From assembly GCA_048887225.1 (NCBI GenBank), contig JBHLJY010000008.1:46384-110383 (forward strand): a DNA stretch of 64,000 bases. Reading direction: 5' to 3'. The position numbers were made by a program, and so were the translations under genes. Under the pieces are notes generated by a model. The model had not been told where the DNA came from. It saw nothing but the letters and a program-made list of their open reading frames with translations, and did no database searches. This stretch comes from Candidatus Hodarchaeota archaeon (GTDB lineage: Archaea > Asgardarchaeota > Lokiarchaeia > Sigyniarchaeales > SOKP01). This document shows positions 61,015 to 64,000 of the stretch, one piece after another (within the stretch, counting starts at the first letter, position 1; every line of letters begins with the position of its first letter).

Positions 61015-62259
61015 ATGGAGGAAGAAAAAAAAATTAGATACCTAGAAGGAAAGGGTATATCTCAAATTATAACTGTACCAGATCAGCTGACTCTTGTTAG
61101 AAATAAAAATTTAGAATATTATAAAGATATAGTTTATCAATGTGGAAAATGTGGAACCTGTAGGACTGCTTATCAAGAAGATTGCTGGCCACGCGTTTGC
61201 CCTTCTGGGGAATTTGGAAAATTTGAAGCTTATTATCTAGGGGGAAAGAATCTATTATCTTGGGCAATAACATCTGATCAGCTTAATTGGACTGAAAATA
61301 TGGCAAAAATTTTTTATCAATGTTCTCTTTGCTTGGCATGTACTGAGCAGTGTCAGATACCGGAAATTCACCATTACGCTGGAGAATGGTTAATGGCAAT
61401 GAGGGAAGAGGCTGTAAAAAGAGGATATGGTCCTATGTCCGAACAAAATATCTATACAACACATGTTATTAAGGAAAATAATCCGTATATGGAAAAACAC
61501 GAGGATCGGACAAATTGGTTGCCTTCTGGTGTTAATCAATCTCCAAACACAAATATAGCATATTTTGTCGGCTGTACCTCAAGCTATAGGGAACAAAATG
61601 TAGCAATTTCCACGGCTGAAATTTTAAATTCATTAGATGTAGAATTCAAAATTCTTAAAGATGAACGTTGCTGTGGTTCACCAGTCTATATGACGGGGCA
61701 AGCTGAGAAAGCAAAAAAAATTGCTGAAACAAATGTAGATCTATTTAAAGAAGCGGGAATTGAGAAAATAATTACTTCATGTGCAGGATGTTATAGAATG
61801 CTAAAAGACATTTATCAAAATAATTTTAACCTTGATCATGGAATTGAAATTATTCACTTACCAGAATTTTTATTGGATAAATTAAACAATGGTGAATTGA
61901 ATTTTAATAATAGTCTCAATATTAAAATAACTTACCATGATCCATGTCATATTGGACGCCATATGGGTGTATATGAACCACCTAGGGATGTTTTAAGAAA
62001 AATTCCAGGGATTGACTTAGTAGAAATGGCTCGAAATAGACATAATGCATGGTGTTGTGGTTCAGGCGGAGGAGTCAGATCTGCTTTTAAGGATTTATCT
62101 GCTTTTGCAGCTAATGAACGCATTGAGGAAGCCATAGAAACTAAAGCAAATGCGATTGTTTCAGCTTGTCCTTTCTGCTTAAATCAATTTAAGACTAATA
62201 TTAAAAATAATGAAATACAAGCTTTTGATTTATCCGAATTGGTTAAAAAAGCACTATAA
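61015..62259 (+). CDS. (Fe-S)-binding oxidoreductase, GlcF/HdrD-like, paralog
   Basis: CGKCGTC, CSLCLAC, YHDPCHIGR, CCGSGGG; ATG at 61015 follows the upstream stop. Confidence 0.88.
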   Translation: MEEEKKIRYLEGKGISQIITVPDQLTLVRNKNLEYYKDIVYQCGKCGTCRTAYQEDCWPRVCPSGEFGKFEAYYLGGKNLLSWAITSDQLNWTENMAKIFYQCSLCLACTEQCQIPEIHHYAGEWLMAMREEAVKRGYGPMSEQNIYTTHVIKENNPYMEKHEDRTNWLPSGVNQSPNTNIAYFVGCTSSYREQNVAISTAEILNSLDVEFKILKDERCCGSPVYMTGQAEKAKKIAETNVDLFKEAGIEKIITSCAGCYRMLKDIYQNNFNLDHGIEIIHLPEFLLDKLNNGELNFNNSLNIKITYHDPCHIGRHMGVYEPPRDVLRKIPGIDLVEMARNRHNAWCCGSGGGVRSAFKDLSAFAANERIEEAIETKANAIVSACPFCLNQFKTNIKNNEIQAFDLSELVKKAL

Positions 62260-62359
62260 ATATTTTTATTCTTAATATTTTTTATTGATATCGAGTTTTA
62301 GTATTAACAACCCTTTGGATATTAGATCAAGAGAAAGAGAATATTTAAATTATCGAATT

Positions 62360-64000
62360 TTAAGCGTAATTTATCAATACCTGAATATCAGATAATATTT
62401 TATTACAATCTACACGGAAATCTTCATTTAAACCTTCTTCATTAACCCATGGATTGTTAAATACACCATTACCCCAAGATTCTTCGTTCTCATCGGTTTT
62501 TAATCCAGTCAATTTAGGTTTAATATCGTGAAGTAATTTTTCATACGCAGATTTAAAACTATGGGAAGAAATCAATTCTTTTAAAATATTTAATTTGTTC
62601 TCCATTACATTTTTCGAATTGGCGGCTGGACTACCCCAGACATCATCAGGGGTTTCTTGAATCTTTTGAATTAAATTATCTATTTCCCATTTGACGTACT
62701 CACACATATCTGCTAAGGTTGTTTCAAAGGTACCAGATATTGAAGAGCTTAAGGCATCGTTGGGTACATCAAAATCATTATCAATCAGTTCCACTCGTAC
62801 TTCATGGGTTCCGCTTTCCATGAACCAGTTACCGTGAGTATCGTTAAACGTGAACGAAAAGCTAGTTTCTGTAGAATCTGGTGTATATTCTAATATAAGC
62901 TCGTCATCAAAGAAAATCTTTATATTAGAAATGCCTTGATCATCTCCCTCTATTTCATTCCAAATATCAAATTTAACAGTGATGTCTATTGGAGTATCAA
63001 TAATTTCAAAATTTGAGATTTCTGGGGGATTGATATCATCATCAATTATAGTAATTTTACCGGTAATTGTACTTGAATTAAATTGGGAAATCGCATTAAT
63101 GGAAAACTCCTGTACACCCCAGCCTGTTGGAGTAATTGTCAATGTTATTACTTGAGTTTCTCCAGGTCCTAGATATACCTCATCTTCGCTTAAATATTCA
63201 TTAGCAAAAGGAATATCATCAAAGAAAATATTAAATTCTTGAGGAACGTTGCCTAAATTAGTAAGTTCAAAAGTATAAGTATCCGTCTGATAATCAAAAA
63301 TAGTGATCTCTGGATTTATAAATTGAAAGCCTATGTCGTAAAATTCATCCACTATAAATGTATCTGTAAAGATATGATCGAAATTGCCATATATGTGATC
63401 TTTGACATGTACTGTATAAGTATAAGGCCCAGGTTGTGTAGTATAATACCTTGGCGGATGAATTGTTAAAACTTCAATTACCTCTCCAGGATTCAAGCCT
63501 ATAACCAATGTGTTGCCGATATAGCCACTAACCAGTTCGCCATTATGATATATATTAGGATACATTTCTTTATTGATGAAACTGCCTGGAATACCCTCAA
63601 CACTAACGTTTATCATTACGGCGGAGGTTCCTGTATTATTGACATATACAGCGCTGAAATCCTGTCCAGGAACAATAGGATCTTCAGCACTTTGTGTAAT
63701 CAATTCGACTTTATAAAGGTTTTCTATGTATAAAGATACAGTCTCTTTATAAATAAGAGTTGCTCCGACAAATATTTGCAATTCAAATTGAAATCCTCCT
63801 AAAAGACTTTGATTATGCCGGATTATGGTAAAATCGAGGGTAGTCGGAAACGTTCCTATAATTATATTCTGAGTAGAGAATCCTTCAGGAGCAACAAGTT
63901 TATAAATGACTTGTTTGTTAGGGTCGGGTCCATTGAACCACGGAAACATATAATCAACATCAAATTGCAGACTAGCTACTCCTATCCCTGTAGCTGGATC
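62360..64000 (-). CDS. Large surface/secreted protein with Ig-like domains (5' part outside window)
   Basis: Beta-rich N.GN / DD..PP units; frame is open to the window edge. Confidence 0.75.
   Translation of the reverse strand, partial: DPATGIGVASLQFDVDYMFPWFNGPDPNKQVIYKLVAPEGFSTQNIIIGTFPTTLDFTIIRHNQSLLGGFQFELQIFVGATLIYKETVSLYIENLYKVELITQSAEDPIVPGQDFSAVYVNNTGTSAVMINVSVEGIPGSFINKEMYPNIYHNGELVSGYIGNTLVIGLNPGEVIEVLTIHPPRYYTTQPGPYTYTVHVKDHIYGNFDHIFTDTFIVDEFYDIGFQFINPEITIFDYQTDTYTFELTNLGNVPQEFNIFFDDIPFANEYLSEDEVYLGPGETQVITLTITPTGWGVQEFSINAISQFNSSTITGKITIIDDDINPPEISNFEIIDTPIDITVKFDIWNEIEGDDQGISNIKIFFDDELILEYTPDSTETSFSFTFNDTHGNWFMESGTHEVRVELIDNDFDVPNDALSSSISGTFETTLADMCEYVKWEIDNLIQKIQETPDDVWGSPAANSKNVMENKLNILKELISSHSFKSAYEKLLHDIKPKLTGLKTDENEESWGNGVFNNPWVNEEGLNEDFRVDCNKILSDIQVLINYA

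Noticed and set aside
1635-63733. Many short antisense ORFs in the track (e.g. 4488-4847, 29502-30068, 31069-31668, 49135-49557)
   Set aside because: They are shadows of well-supported genes on the opposite strand.

Overview
AT-rich archaeal DNA that looks like an Asgard archaeon (Lokiarchaeia-like). This assignment is an inference from the gene content: a Rab-like small GTPase, a HEAT+LRR protein, a UEV-like/JAMM fusion, large N-glycosylation-rich surface proteins, GAGGTG ribosome-binding sites and anaerobic redox genes. About 55 CDS are present; I found no rRNA, tRNA, CRISPR array or intact mobile element. The main finding, which the ORF track misses, is a selenoprotein-containing redox gene cluster (aor, 4Fe-4S protein, hdrA, mvhD, fdhB-like, polyferredoxin). 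hdrA (13843-15807) is one 654-aa gene with two in-frame UGA codons at conserved Cys positions. An unannotated mvhD/vhuD (13364-13825) has two more. Directly after the mvhD stop is a eukaryote-type SECIS hairpin (13290-13363), the only candidate I could find for all four UGAs in the two cistrons. Other highlights are apparent ATT start codons in three genes, an unannotated 10-Cys miniprotein, a UEV-JAMM fusion, a 7-bladed propeller + 3 Ig + TM surface protein, a DMT transporter-AsnC fusion and a class I GAPDH.
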